64,000 nt of DNA from Chitinophagales bacterium (GTDB lineage Bacteria > Bacteroidota > Bacteroidia > Chitinophagales > Chitinophagaceae), in contig JBBROE010000003.1 in NCBI GenBank assembly GCA_038229695.1, forward strand, positions 16,006 to 80,005, given 5' to 3'. Under the pieces are notes generated by a model. The model was not told the DNA's origin and did no database searches. It was given only the letters and a program-made list of their open reading frames with translations. Positions within the stretch are counted from its first letter, which is position 1, and the number at the start of each line of letters is the position of its first letter. Below are positions 1-9,224 of the stretch, piece by piece. The position numbers and the translations under genes were made by a program.

Positions 1-294
1 TTTTTTGGTTTCCGGGTTATACCGTGGCGGTGATCCCCCGATATGCCGCATGAGCACGGTCACGTCTTCACAGCTGAACAACAATTCTTCCGGGAATATG
101 CTGCGGATATCCTGGCCATCGATATTTCCGTAAACGCCTTTTACCGGCAGGCCGGTTTGTGCCGCTAGGTTTTCGATAATAGGAACGGTACCGACGTCCC
201 CTGCATGCCAGATCTCCTGGCATTGTGCAAAATAGCCCGCCACGGCGGGATCGAGAAAGCCGTGGGTGTCTGAAAGAAGTCCGATGCGCGTCAT
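1..294 (-). CDS. metallophosphoesterase (YfcE/MJ0936-like); only the 5' part, gene runs off the left edge
   Basis: Reverse translation from ATG (294..292) reads MTRIGLLSDTHGFLDPAVAGYF..EIWHAGDVG..KGVYGNIDG... The DxH, GD and GNxD motifs fit calcineurin-like phosphoesterases. It is absent from the ORF track because the window edge truncates it. Confidence 0.7.
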   Translation of the reverse strand, partial: MTRIGLLSDTHGFLDPAVAGYFAQCQEIWHAGDVGTVPIIENLAAQTGLPVKGVYGNIDGQDIRSIFPEELLFSCEDVTVLMRHIGGSPPRYNPETKK

Positions 295-358
295 AACAGC
301 CGCAAAATAAGAAGGAATAAATGGATGCTGCAGCTCAATAAAAGGGATCCGTGCCGTA

Positions 359-2983
359 CTACTGAAATTTACAGGACGAGGCAATGACCTTCACGTTTTT
401 ATTCAGGTTGTTTTTTTTGAGGGCTACTTCAAGAAACATCCATCTTTCCGGGTGACTTACTTTTGGTCCCATATAAATTTTTCGGATGAATGGTTTTACC
501 GGCATGGCGCTCTTAATGTACAGCGGCCTGGGGAGTGATTGTCCTTCTTCGATTTGCACCAGCGGGTGGCCGGAATCATAATATTTGATGACGCGGTATT
601 CGTTTTCAAAAGCGTAGTTGGAGGATTTAAAGAAATACCGCAATTCGGCCAGCCCGATAGCGATGATGGCATCGACGATTTCGGGGTAATTGGAGTTGTT
701 CCGCCGGGCAATGAGCTGGCGTAAGGTGTCTTTAAGGTTGTCCAGGTCGCCCGCCAGCCGGTTGTTTTCGTCAGCGCCGTTATTGTCGGAGTCTGCACGA
801 GATTCAATTTTACTGGTAAGCCGGTTAAAGTACAGCACACGGTATAAAGTATGGATTTCTTCCTGGCGGTACGTTCCGGGTGCACCGGAAATTGTATGCC
901 CGTTGTTGGATGGTCCGGCTGTCGTCAGCACCAGTGAATCATTATCCATCGACGCTGAGATTCCTGTCAGCGGGTTGATGTTGCCGGAATTACCATTGAA
1001 CTCAGGCTGCAGGGCGGGGAAGGGTTCACCCTGCGGCGGCCAGTGGAAAAATTCGCTGCTGATGACCAGGCTGCAACCCATGGCTTCGTTGTTTTTTTCG
1101 TCCTTGCCATAGGTACGCCACATCACCAGGTCGTCTTCATGGCTGAGCAGCAGGTCGTCTGACCCATCTGCCAGCGCTGCAGGCAGAAAGCTACCCAGGT
1201 ACACATTCGAATCTGTCGGATCCTGAGGCGTGAAAAGGTTGCAGGAATCGAAATAGGTCTCCAGTTCTTTGTCCGCCAGTTTGCCGATCAGCAGATCGCG
1301 GAGGACCTTTCCTTCCTCTGGGTCATTCATGAATGCCACATTGGAATAGTGCAGGAAGGAATCATTCGGGTCCATGATGATCCGATCGGCCACCCAGAGC
1401 TTGGTGTAGTGAACGACCGGGCAGTTTTTTTTGATATGTGCGTGATCTTTGATATTGTTCATGGCCGTAAAAAAAGCCGTGGACAATTCACCGATTATCT
1501 TTTTCTCGACCGGGTCCTGAATTTTTTCCACCCGTTCATAAAAAAGGCTGGCTACATTTTTTTCCCCTGCCGCCTTTTGCGGGTTCTCCCCGTTTTTCAA
1601 CAGCAATTCATCAATTTTAGCCAGCAGGCGACTCAGGTTTGGATCCAGCGCAACGGCGTTCCGGTAATCCTGGATGGACTGGTTGTAGACCCCATTTTTT
1701 TCCAGTTCTTCATAAGCCAGGCCGCGTTTGTTATAGGCCGGCGCATAGTTCGGCATTAGTCGGATAGCAGTGGTATAGTCGGTGATGGCGGCGGTAAAAT
1801 TGGCCATTTCCAGGAAAACGGAACCGCGGTTGAAATAGGCCAGTCCCATGCCGGGGTCCAGCACGAAGACTTTGTCAAATTGTTCCCGGGCTTCTTCGTA
1901 ATTTTTGTTGTTGAGGTGTATCAGGCCGATGTTATTCAGCGCCACCGAAAGCTGTGGGTTGAGCGACAGTGCCTTTTGGAAATCCGCCATCGCTTCATCG
2001 GGCTGTTTCAGGTTGAGGAAGCAGAGGCCCCGGTTGTTATAGGCAAGTACAAAATCAGGATTGAGGGCAAGGGCCTTATTGTAATCCTCAATGGCCCGGC
2101 TGAAATCATTCCTGTTGTAAAAGATGTTTCCTCGTCCATAATAGGGCAGGGGATCAGCGGCATTGATGGCAATATTTTTTTCATAGTCCTTCAGGGCATC
2201 ATCATACTGGCCCCGGTTATAATAAATGTTTGCGCGGCCCATATAAGCGGCGGCATATTGCGGGTCAAGCGCAATGGCTGTATTGAAGTCCTTGAGGGCT
2301 TCCTCCTGCTGGTTGAGGTTATACCAGGCATTACCACGGTTGGCAAATGCGATGGCGAGGTGCGCATCCTTTTTGATGGCGAGGTCGTAGTCTTTCTTCG
2401 CCTCGTCCATACGGTTGCTGTTAAACCAGAGATTACCGCGGTTGAAGTAAGCCAGCGCGGCGTTGGGGTCAAGGGCGATGGCGGAATTGTAGTCTTCCCC
2501 CGCTTTATCAGGATGTCCAAGCATCGAATAAATTAGCCCGCGGTTGATATAGCCGAGTGCCAGTTTTGGATTGATGCGCAGGGATGCATCATAATCGTCG
2601 AAAGCTTTCTGGTAGTCTTTTTCTCCGTACCAAATGTTCCCCCTGGTCAGGAAAGCGAGTTCCATACCGGGATCCAGTGCGATGCATTGGTTGAAGTCGG
2701 CCATGGCTGCGTTTGCATTTCCCTGCTGCAGCTGGAAACTGCCTCTTTTGAAGATCGCATCCGCATTGTGCGGGTCGAGGCTGATGGCATTGTCGTAATA
2801 CGGGCCGGCCTTATCAGGCTGTATTTTCAGGGCGGCATCGGCCGCAAGCAGGTACAGTTGCGGATCTGCGGACTCGGAAAGCACCTCGTCGGAAAGCAGC
2901 GTGAGGGTATCCGCAAATTTATTTTCCGCGTTGAGGGCGGCGGCCTGTTGCAGCAGGGGGGGTGCCTCGGTGGCAGTTGGCAT
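359..2983 (-). CDS. TPR-repeat protein with C-terminal DUF2971-like domain
   Basis: The track ORF 359..3028 starts at TTG; the first ATG is at 2983 (MPTATEAPP..). The N-terminal ~480 aa hold at least 12 tandem 34-aa TPR units (e.g. AIALDPNAALAYFNRGNLW, ALALNPDFVLAYNNRGLCF). The C-terminal part carries HYTKL..SNVAFMNDPEEG, MWRTYGKD..GCSLV and FENEYRVI motifs, as in Pfam DUF2971. Confidence 0.85.
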   Translation of the reverse strand: MPTATEAPPLLQQAAALNAENKFADTLTLLSDEVLSESADPQLYLLAADAALKIQPDKAGPYYDNAISLDPHNADAIFKRGSFQLQQGNANAAMADFNQCIALDPGMELAFLTRGNIWYGEKDYQKAFDDYDASLRINPKLALGYINRGLIYSMLGHPDKAGEDYNSAIALDPNAALAYFNRGNLWFNSNRMDEAKKDYDLAIKKDAHLAIAFANRGNAWYNLNQQEEALKDFNTAIALDPQYAAAYMGRANIYYNRGQYDDALKDYEKNIAINAADPLPYYGRGNIFYNRNDFSRAIEDYNKALALNPDFVLAYNNRGLCFLNLKQPDEAMADFQKALSLNPQLSVALNNIGLIHLNNKNYEEAREQFDKVFVLDPGMGLAYFNRGSVFLEMANFTAAITDYTTAIRLMPNYAPAYNKRGLAYEELEKNGVYNQSIQDYRNAVALDPNLSRLLAKIDELLLKNGENPQKAAGEKNVASLFYERVEKIQDPVEKKIIGELSTAFFTAMNNIKDHAHIKKNCPVVHYTKLWVADRIIMDPNDSFLHYSNVAFMNDPEEGKVLRDLLIGKLADKELETYFDSCNLFTPQDPTDSNVYLGSFLPAALADGSDDLLLSHEDDLVMWRTYGKDEKNNEAMGCSLVISSEFFHWPPQGEPFPALQPEFNGNSGNINPLTGISASMDNDSLVLTTAGPSNNGHTISGAPGTYRQEEIHTLYRVLYFNRLTSKIESRADSDNNGADENNRLAGDLDNLKDTLRQLIARRNNSNYPEIVDAIIAIGLAELRYFFKSSNYAFENEYRVIKYYDSGHPLVQIEEGQSLPRPLYIKSAMPVKPFIRKIYMGPKVSHPERWMFLEVALKKNNLNKNVKVIASSCKFQ

Positions 2984-3113
2984 TGTCAGGAGGTTTAATG
3001 GGAAAAGGTTCGACCTTCTAATATACAAAAAAACAAGCGGCGGGAACGGGGCGGTTAAATTTTTTTGTTTTACAGCGGGGAGTCGTAAATTTCAGCATTA
3101 AACAGTACAGCAT

Positions 3114-3509
3114 ATGATAAAAATTTCCGACCTGAAACCAGGCGATATCGTAATGGCAGACTATGAGGGTAAACAATCGGAGGGCATTGTAACGGATTTG
3201 AACGGGGAGGATAAGGAAGTATGTGTGCAGACCGACGTGCAGAAGTTCTGGTTTAAGCCGGATCACCTGTCCCCGATCATGCTCGGCGATGAGCAGTTGA
3301 AGCAACTCGGATTCCAGCGGCAGGGGACGGAAGGCGTGGTAAAATACCTGAAAGGTGCGTTCAGGATCCAGCTGTCGCAGCAGGGAGGGTTCAATAGTTT
3401 AGAGATGTGGTACCGGGAAGACCGCCGGCACATGAAGCAGCCAATTGCCGTACATGAACTGCAGAACCACTACTACCAGATGACAAAAGTGGAATTGAAC
3501 GCCGATTAA
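3114..3509 (+). CDS. hypothetical protein (131 aa), no recognisable domain
   Basis: Clean ATG ORF transcribed divergently from the TPR gene. A strong terminator hairpin follows directly. Confidence 0.6.
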   Translation: MIKISDLKPGDIVMADYEGKQSEGIVTDLNGEDKEVCVQTDVQKFWFKPDHLSPIMLGDEQLKQLGFQRQGTEGVVKYLKGAFRIQLSQQGGFNSLEMWYREDRRHMKQPIAVHELQNHYYQMTKVELNAD

Positions 3510-3539
3510 CTCGCTTATAACCAGTTTTTTATCTATTTA

Positions 3540-3582
3540 GGGGAAATTTTCCTGAAAAAGGGGAAAATTTCCCCATTTTTTT
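3540..3582 (+). terminator. rho-independent terminator
   Basis: 13-bp stem GGGGAAATTTTCC (3540-3552) / GGAAAATTTCCCC (3562-3574), 9-nt loop, then A plus T7 (3575-3582). Confidence 0.8.
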
Positions 3583-3603
3583 CTTTATTCCGGCATCAAC
3601 CCG

Positions 3604-3611
3604 TATCTTTG
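3604..3611 (+). promoter_or_regulatory. Bacteroidota-type -7 promoter box (TAnnTTTG) for infA
   Basis: TATCTTTG lies 15 nt upstream of the infA ATG and directly after the terminator of the preceding gene. Confidence 0.5.
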
Positions 3612-3625
3612 CACACCCAAAAAAT

Positions 3626-3844
3626 ATGGCAAAACAGGCACTAATTAAACAGGACGGCGTTATAATTGAAGCACTGAGCAACGCAATGTTCAAGGTTAAA
3701 CTGGAGAACGGACACGAAATTCTGGCTACTATTTCAGGGAAAATGCGGATGAATTATATCCGTATCCTGCCGGGTGACAAAGTAGGTGTTGAAATGAGCC
3801 CATATGATTTGAGCCGGGGCAGGATAATTTTCAGGTATAAGTAA
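3626..3844 (+). CDS. infA: translation initiation factor IF-1
   Basis: 72 aa, [53 protein letters not shown].. is the canonical IF-1 S1-fold sequence. Confidence 0.97.
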   Translation: MAKQALIKQDGVIIEALSNAMFKVKLENGHEILATISGKMRMNYIRILPGDKVGVEMSPYDLSRGRIIFRYK

Positions 3845-3865
3845 TCATCATAATAATAACATCTC

Positions 3866-3982
3866 ATGAAAGTCAGGGCCTCTATTAAAAAACGCAGTGT
3901 AGACTGCAAGATTGTGAGAAGAAAGGGCAAGCTGTATGTCATCAACAAAAAAAATCCCCGTTTTAAACAGCGCCAGGGATAA
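3866..3982 (+). CDS. rpmJ: 50S ribosomal protein L36
   Basis: Hand-translated as [38 protein letters not shown]. It is too short for the ORF track and sits in the canonical slot between infA and rpsM. Confidence 0.95.
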   Translation: MKVRASIKKRSVDCKIVRRKGKLYVINKKNPRFKQRQG

Positions 3983-4023
3983 ACAGCAAGCACAACAAAG
4001 TAAATAACAACTAAATAATAACT

Positions 4024-4404
4024 ATGGCCCGTATTGCCGGTGTTGACTTACCAAAAACCAAGCGTGGAGAAATAGGGTTGACCTATATTTTTGGCATTGG
4101 ACTTTCCACAGCCAAATATATCCTGGATAAGGCTGGTATCGATGTGAACAAGAAAGTGAACCAGTGGAACGATGATGAACTGACGGCTATCCGTAACATC
4201 ATCACCAATGAGTTCAAAGTGGAAGGCCAGTTGCGTTCCGAGGTGCAGACCAGCATCAAGCGCCTGCTGGATATTGCCTGTTACCGTGGCTTGCGTCATC
4301 GTAAAGGTTTGCCTGTCCGCGGACAGCGCACCCGTACCAACAGCCGTACCCGCAAGGGCAAACGGAAGACGGTTGCCGGTAAGAAGAAAGTAGCGAAGAA
4401 ATAA
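4024..4404 (+). CDS. rpsM: 30S ribosomal protein S13
   Basis: [26 protein letters not shown].. with a basic C-terminal tail. Conserved operon position. Confidence 0.97.
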   Translation: MARIAGVDLPKTKRGEIGLTYIFGIGLSTAKYILDKAGIDVNKKVNQWNDDELTAIRNIITNEFKVEGQLRSEVQTSIKRLLDIACYRGLRHRKGLPVRGQRTRTNSRTRKGKRKTVAGKKKVAKK

Positions 4405-4552
4405 GACTGCCGGGTGCAGCAATGCGTCCCGGGTTTTTATATGCACCAATTTTACTGGACCCGTTGCGGATGCCCGGTGCAGGAGCAGGGCGGGAACAGG
4501 TTCACAGCCGGATGGCAGTGAATACAAACCAATAAAGATTACCTACAGTACC

Positions 4553-4960
4553 ATGGCAAAAGCACAACAGCAGGCCAGCGCAAAGACCTCTACGAAAAAA
4601 AGAATCGTGCGGGTGGAAGCTTACGGCGACGCGCACATTTCAGCTAGTTTCAACAATCTTATTGTTAGCCTCACCAACAAACAGGGCCAGGTGATATCCT
4701 GGTCGTCTGCCGGTAAAATGGGTTTCCGTGGTTCCAAGAAGAACACGCCCTACGCTGCGCAGATGGCCTCTTCTGATGCTGCCAAGACAGCTATGGATGC
4801 CGGTTTAAAAAGGGTGGATGTATATGTAAAAGGTCCGGGTTCAGGCCGCGAAGGTGCAATCCGTGCGCTTGCCCAGTCCGGCATTGAAATCGTGCAAATT
4901 AAGGACGTGACGCCGTTGCCGCACAATGGCTGCCGTCCTCCGAAGAAAAGAAGGGTTTAA
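4553..4960 (+). CDS. rpsK: 30S ribosomal protein S11
   Basis: ..[44 protein letters not shown].. is a typical S11 sequence. Confidence 0.97.
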   Translation: MAKAQQQASAKTSTKKRIVRVEAYGDAHISASFNNLIVSLTNKQGQVISWSSAGKMGFRGSKKNTPYAAQMASSDAAKTAMDAGLKRVDVYVKGPGSGREGAIRALAQSGIEIVQIKDVTPLPHNGCRPPKKRRV

Positions 4961-5102
4961 CAATTGCTGCCGGTCGTTTTAACGGTATCCGCCCCGGCGG
5001 TGCTGAAAAACTTTACCCGGCAATTGTATTTATAATGGGTGTACAATTCATTTTAGATTTTTACTGATTGTACGCCGTCATCAAAAAATCAACAAACAAA
5101 TT

Positions 5103-5708
5103 ATGGCACGTTACACGGGTCCGAAGACCAAAATTTCCCGCATTTTCGGTGAGCCTATCCTGGGCAATGGCAAGTGGCTGAACAAGAACAGTAATCCTCC
5201 CGGTCAGCACGGTGAGAAGCGCAAGCGTAAGACTATGGGCGAATATGCCCTGCAGCTGCGCGAAAAGCAGAAAGCCAAATATACCTATGGCGTTCTGGAG
5301 AAGCAATTCCGTAAAACATTTGAAGAAGCCCTGCGGCGCAAAGGTGTTACCGGTGAAAACCTCATCAAACTGCTGGAAGCCCGGCTCGATAACACGGTTT
5401 TCCGCCTCGGCATCGCCCCTTCAAGGCCGGCTGCCCGCCAGCTGGTTAGTCACAAACACATTACCGTTAATGGTGACGTGGTGAATACCCCTTCCTTCCA
5501 GCTGAAAGCAGGAGACGTGATTGGACTGAAACAGAAAACCCAGGGCCTTGCCGGCGTTACCAGCCAGGTTAAAGGAAAGAACCCGAAGTTCAGCTGGATC
5601 GACTGGAACGAAACCAACATGGAAGGTACATTCATTGCTTACCCTGAACGCGACAGTGTTCCTGAAAACATCAAGGAACAGTTGATTGTGGAGTTGTATT
5701 CCAAGTAA
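5103..5708 (+). CDS. rpsD: 30S ribosomal protein S4
   Basis: MARYTGPKTKISRIFGEPI.. and LEARLDNTVFRLGIAPSRPAARQLVSHKHITVNG (S4 RNA-binding domain). Confidence 0.97.
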   Translation: MARYTGPKTKISRIFGEPILGNGKWLNKNSNPPGQHGEKRKRKTMGEYALQLREKQKAKYTYGVLEKQFRKTFEEALRRKGVTGENLIKLLEARLDNTVFRLGIAPSRPAARQLVSHKHITVNGDVVNTPSFQLKAGDVIGLKQKTQGLAGVTSQVKGKNPKFSWIDWNETNMEGTFIAYPERDSVPENIKEQLIVELYSK

Positions 5709-5820
5709 CCAAGATCTCCCGGCGCCGCCCAGTAAAGCGATGCCGTACAAGGGAGTGACACAACAATGCTGCTTTGAGCGATACGGCTGGCTAACCAATT
5801 AAAAACTTGAAATTTCAAAT

Positions 5821-6822
5821 ATGGCAATTTTAAATTTTCAGAAACCTGACAAAATTGTATTGCAGAAAGCAAATGATTTTGAAGCTCAGTTTGAGTTTCG
5901 CCCGCTTGAGCCCGGTTACGGCGTAACCGTTGGTAACGCGCTGCGCAGGGTTTTATTGAGCTCCCTCGAAGGGTATGCCATCATCGGCATCCGCATCGAA
6001 GGGGTGGAACATGAATTTGCAACCATCAAGGGCGTTACCGAAGATGTCACCGAAATTATCCTGAACCTGAAACAGGTTCGGTTTAAGAAGACCGTGGACC
6101 ACGACGTGACCAATGAAAAAATAACACTTCATATCAAGGGCAAGACTGAATTCACTTCTGCCATGATCCAGGAAAACACCCAGAGTTTCCAGATCATGAA
6201 CCCGGACCTGCTGATATGCACGATGGACGGCTCTTCCAAACTGGATATCGAGCTCACCATCGGTAAAGGCCGCGGTTATGTGCCTGCTGACGACAACAAG
6301 ATGAAGGATGCGCCGCTGGGTTATGTGGCCATCGATTCTATCTACACGCCCATCAAGAACGTGAAATATACGATTGAGAACACGCGTGTGGAGCAGCGGA
6401 CCGATTACGAGAAACTAATCATGGAAGTGACTACCGATGGCACAATCCACCCCGAAGAAGCCGTTAAGCAGGCTTCCCGGATACTGATCCAGCACCTCAT
6501 GATCATCACCGATGAGAATATCACGTTCGACAATAAAGAAGAGAAGAAAGAGGACCTGGTGGATGAGCAAACGCTGCAACTCAGGAAAGTGCTGAAGACG
6601 CCGCTGGAAGATCTCGATCTTTCCGTGCGGGCATTCAACTGCCTCAAAGCCGCAAAGATTAACTCGCTCAGCGAGCTGGTACAGTACGAGCAGGAAGACC
6701 TGATGAAGTTTCGCAACTTTGGTCAGAAATCACTGGCAGAAATCGAACAGGTACTGGGTGAAAGAGGGCTTCATTTCGGTATGGACCTCAGCAAACTGGG
6801 CCTTGATAAAGATGACCTGTAA
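5821..6822 (+). CDS. rpoA: DNA-directed RNA polymerase subunit alpha
   Basis: 333 aa; [20 protein letters not shown] and C-terminal domain [26 protein letters not shown]. Confidence 0.97.
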   Translation: MAILNFQKPDKIVLQKANDFEAQFEFRPLEPGYGVTVGNALRRVLLSSLEGYAIIGIRIEGVEHEFATIKGVTEDVTEIILNLKQVRFKKTVDHDVTNEKITLHIKGKTEFTSAMIQENTQSFQIMNPDLLICTMDGSSKLDIELTIGKGRGYVPADDNKMKDAPLGYVAIDSIYTPIKNVKYTIENTRVEQRTDYEKLIMEVTTDGTIHPEEAVKQASRILIQHLMIITDENITFDNKEEKKEDLVDEQTLQLRKVLKTPLEDLDLSVRAFNCLKAAKINSLSELVQYEQEDLMKFRNFGQKSLAEIEQVLGERGLHFGMDLSKLGLDKDDL

Positions 6823-6934
6823 TTGACCTGTTGCGGCTAACGCCGATTTTATAACTATTCCCCTTCACAATTCCTGACACGGTGTGAAGGCTCACCTTCC
6901 GGCTGCGAAGCACCGGGAACAAAATAAAAACGTC

Positions 6935-7441
6935 ATGCGTCACGGAGACAAAATTAAAAACCTCAGCAGAACCGCTTCTCACCGAAGGGCATTGCTGAGC
7001 AACCTGGCAGCCCAGCTGATCCAGTACAAGAAAATTGTTACTACTGTTACTAAAGCCAAATCACTGCGGGTGTACATCGAGCCACTCATCACCAAGGCGA
7101 AAGAAAACACCACGCACCAGCGCCGGATAGTTTTCAGTCACCTGCAGGATAAAGCCGCCGTTACTGAACTGTTCAGCACTATAAGCGAAAAAGTGGCCGG
7201 CCGCCCCGGTGGTTATACCCGGATCATTAAACTCGGAAAACGGGTTGGTGACAATGCAGAAACAGCGATGATAGAACTGGTCGACTTTAATACCATTTAC
7301 GGTAAGGGCGTAGATGCCAAGGCTGAACCGGCCAAGCGTACCCGCCGCGGCGCAAGCAAGAAGAAAGAGGCAACTGCCGCCGAAACAACGGCAGCAGAAA
7401 GCATGCCGCCAGCACCCGGAGAAGAAACGAAAGAAGCATAA
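6935..7441 (+). CDS. rplQ: 50S ribosomal protein L17 with a Lys/Ala/Glu-rich C-terminal tail
   Basis: The track ORF starts at 6884. The conserved L17 N-terminus MRHGDKIKNLSRTASHRRALLSNLA starts at ATG 6935. Confidence 0.93.
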   Translation: MRHGDKIKNLSRTASHRRALLSNLAAQLIQYKKIVTTVTKAKSLRVYIEPLITKAKENTTHQRRIVFSHLQDKAAVTELFSTISEKVAGRPGGYTRIIKLGKRVGDNAETAMIELVDFNTIYGKGVDAKAEPAKRTRRGASKKKEATAAETTAAESMPPAPGEETKEA

Positions 7442-7464
7442 TCACCTTGAACATCTTGTACGAT

Positions 7465-7497
7465 AAAAACGGAACTGTAACGGGTTCCGTTTTTTTT
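7465..7497 (+). terminator. rho-independent terminator ending the ribosomal operon
   Basis: AACGGAAC (7468-7475) / GTTCCGTT (7484-7491) stem, followed by a long T run up to 7497. Confidence 0.85.
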
Positions 7498-7602
7498 ATG
7501 CACGCAGCCTGCTGCAAAAACAGAACTCCTTAATTTTGCCGCAGCATCAAGTAACCCGCAGAAGAAGAACAATATTTGTGCATCAAAACATAAAAATATA
7601 GT

Positions 7603-8712
7603 ATGGCTTCCACTCCCCAGAAAACCGCCGTTTTGCTGCTGGCCGATGGCACCATCCATCATGGCAGGGCCTTTGGCAGTACCGGTATCGCTACGGGTGA
7701 AATATGTTTCAACACGGGTATGACCGGCTACCAGGAAGTATTTACCGACCCCAGTTATTACGGGCAGATCCTCATCATGAACACCGCCCACATCGGCAAC
7801 TACGGGGTAATGGAAATGGATGTGGAATCCGATGGCGTAAAGATAAAAGGCCTTATCGGTCGGAACCTCGAAGAACAATTCAGCCGCAAGATGGCAAAGG
7901 GTTCGCTGGACGAGTACCTGAAGCGGCAGAACATCGTTTGTATTGAAGGGGTGGACACCCGGGCGCTTGTGGAGCATGTACGCCGCGAGGGTGCCATGAA
8001 TTGCATTATCTCCTCAGCAGAAACGGATATCGACGTATTAAAGAAACAACTCGCGGCCGTTCCATCGATGGATGGACTGGAGCTGGCCAGCGCCGTTTCC
8101 ACCACAGCAACCTACGAGGCGGGGGATAAAACAAGCCCGGTACGCATCGCCGTGATGGATTACGGCATTAAACGGAATATCGTTAGCTGTATGGCGGAAC
8201 GCGGCGCCTTTGTAAAAGTGTTCCCGGCAAAGACAACGATGGCGGAATTGCGGGCGTTTAACCCCGACGGGTACTTTATTTCCAACGGGCCCGGCGACCC
8301 GGCGCCCATGGGTTATGCCATTGCCACCCTGAAGGAAATTTTGCAGGAAGAAAAACCGTTGTTCGGCATCTGCCTCGGCCACCAGCTGCTGGCACTGGCC
8401 AACGACATCCCCACCTTCAAAATGCACCACGGCCACCGCGGGCTCAATCACCCGGTGAAAAACCTGCTGACCGGGAAAAGCGAGATAACGACCCAGAACC
8501 ACGGCTTTGGTGTGGATCCGGAAGCGGTTAAGAATGCCCCGAATATTGAAGTGACGCATGTAAACCTGAATGACAACTCCATCGAAGGAATACGGTTAAA
8601 GGACCGGCCCGCTTTTTCGGTACAGTATCACCCCGAGGCAACCCCGGGACCCCATGACTCCCGTTACCTGTTTGATGAATTTATTGAACTTATAAAAAAA
8701 CATAAGCAGTAG
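7603..8712 (+). CDS. carA: carbamoyl-phosphate synthase small (glutamine amidotransferase) subunit
   Basis: 369 aa; GEICFNTGMTGYQEVFTDPSYYGQI, GICLGHQLL (catalytic Cys) and HGHRG..QNHGF motifs. No carB in the window. Confidence 0.95.
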   Translation: MASTPQKTAVLLLADGTIHHGRAFGSTGIATGEICFNTGMTGYQEVFTDPSYYGQILIMNTAHIGNYGVMEMDVESDGVKIKGLIGRNLEEQFSRKMAKGSLDEYLKRQNIVCIEGVDTRALVEHVRREGAMNCIISSAETDIDVLKKQLAAVPSMDGLELASAVSTTATYEAGDKTSPVRIAVMDYGIKRNIVSCMAERGAFVKVFPAKTTMAELRAFNPDGYFISNGPGDPAPMGYAIATLKEILQEEKPLFGICLGHQLLALANDIPTFKMHHGHRGLNHPVKNLLTGKSEITTQNHGFGVDPEAVKNAPNIEVTHVNLNDNSIEGIRLKDRPAFSVQYHPEATPGPHDSRYLFDEFIELIKKHKQ

Positions 8713-8787
8713 GCTGTGGCAGGCTGCCCCGCGAAAGAATCGAACCGCCCTGGCCGGCGGTTTTTTATTTGCGGTATATTCGTACTC

Positions 8788-9216
8788 ATGAATATCGCGA
8801 TCATCAACGGTCCCAACCTGAACCTGCTCGGTAAACGCGAGCCCGGCATCTACGGTACCGAAGGCTTCGACAGCTTCCTGCTGCAATTGAAAGAGACGTT
8901 CCCGGACACGGTATTTTCTTATTACCAGAGCAATGTGGAAGGAGAACTGATCAGTGAAATCCAGCGGGTGGGTTTTACTGCAGCTGGTATTGTATTGAAT
9001 CCGGGGGGATATACCCATACCTCGGTGGCCATCGGCGATGCCGTGGCGGCCGTACCTGCGCCGGTAGTGGAAGTCCATATTTCGAATGTCCATGCCCGTG
9101 AGGAGTTCAGGCGGCTGTCCCATGTGTCCGCAAAGGCCGCGGGCAGCATTGCCGGGCTGGGATTGAAAGGGTATGAACTGGCCGTGCGGTGGTTGATCGA
9201 CCGGCCGCAGGCCTGA
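8788..9216 (+). CDS. aroQ: type II 3-dehydroquinate dehydratase
   Basis: MNIAIINGPNLNLLGKREPGIYG.. and NPGGYTHTSVAIGDA, VEVHISNVHAREEFR. The track ORF (8716) has an unsupported upstream extension. Confidence 0.93.
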   Translation: MNIAIINGPNLNLLGKREPGIYGTEGFDSFLLQLKETFPDTVFSYYQSNVEGELISEIQRVGFTAAGIVLNPGGYTHTSVAIGDAVAAVPAPVVEVHISNVHAREEFRRLSHVSAKAAGSIAGLGLKGYELAVRWLIDRPQA

Positions 9217-9224
9217 TTCTTCAT

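Noticed and set aside
3001-3020. A GGTTCGA T-loop-like string that might indicate a tRNA.
   Set aside because: The flanking bases cannot form a T-stem or acceptor stem, and the site lies in the 5' end/leader of the TPR gene. I recognised no convincing tRNA, rRNA, tmRNA or RNase P sequence elsewhere, but I did not run a systematic scan.
6884-6934. N-terminal extensions in the ORF track at 6884, and likewise at 8716, 12753, 15099, 25077, 25214, 34048, 35003, 35116, 36281, 53664, 61329, 61357 and 62938.
   Set aside because: In each case a downstream ATG gives the conserved family N-terminus or a proper signal peptide or lipobox. Several track starts are TTG/GTG (3028, 12569, 40145, 43663). Starts were moved accordingly, though the exact start remains unverified.
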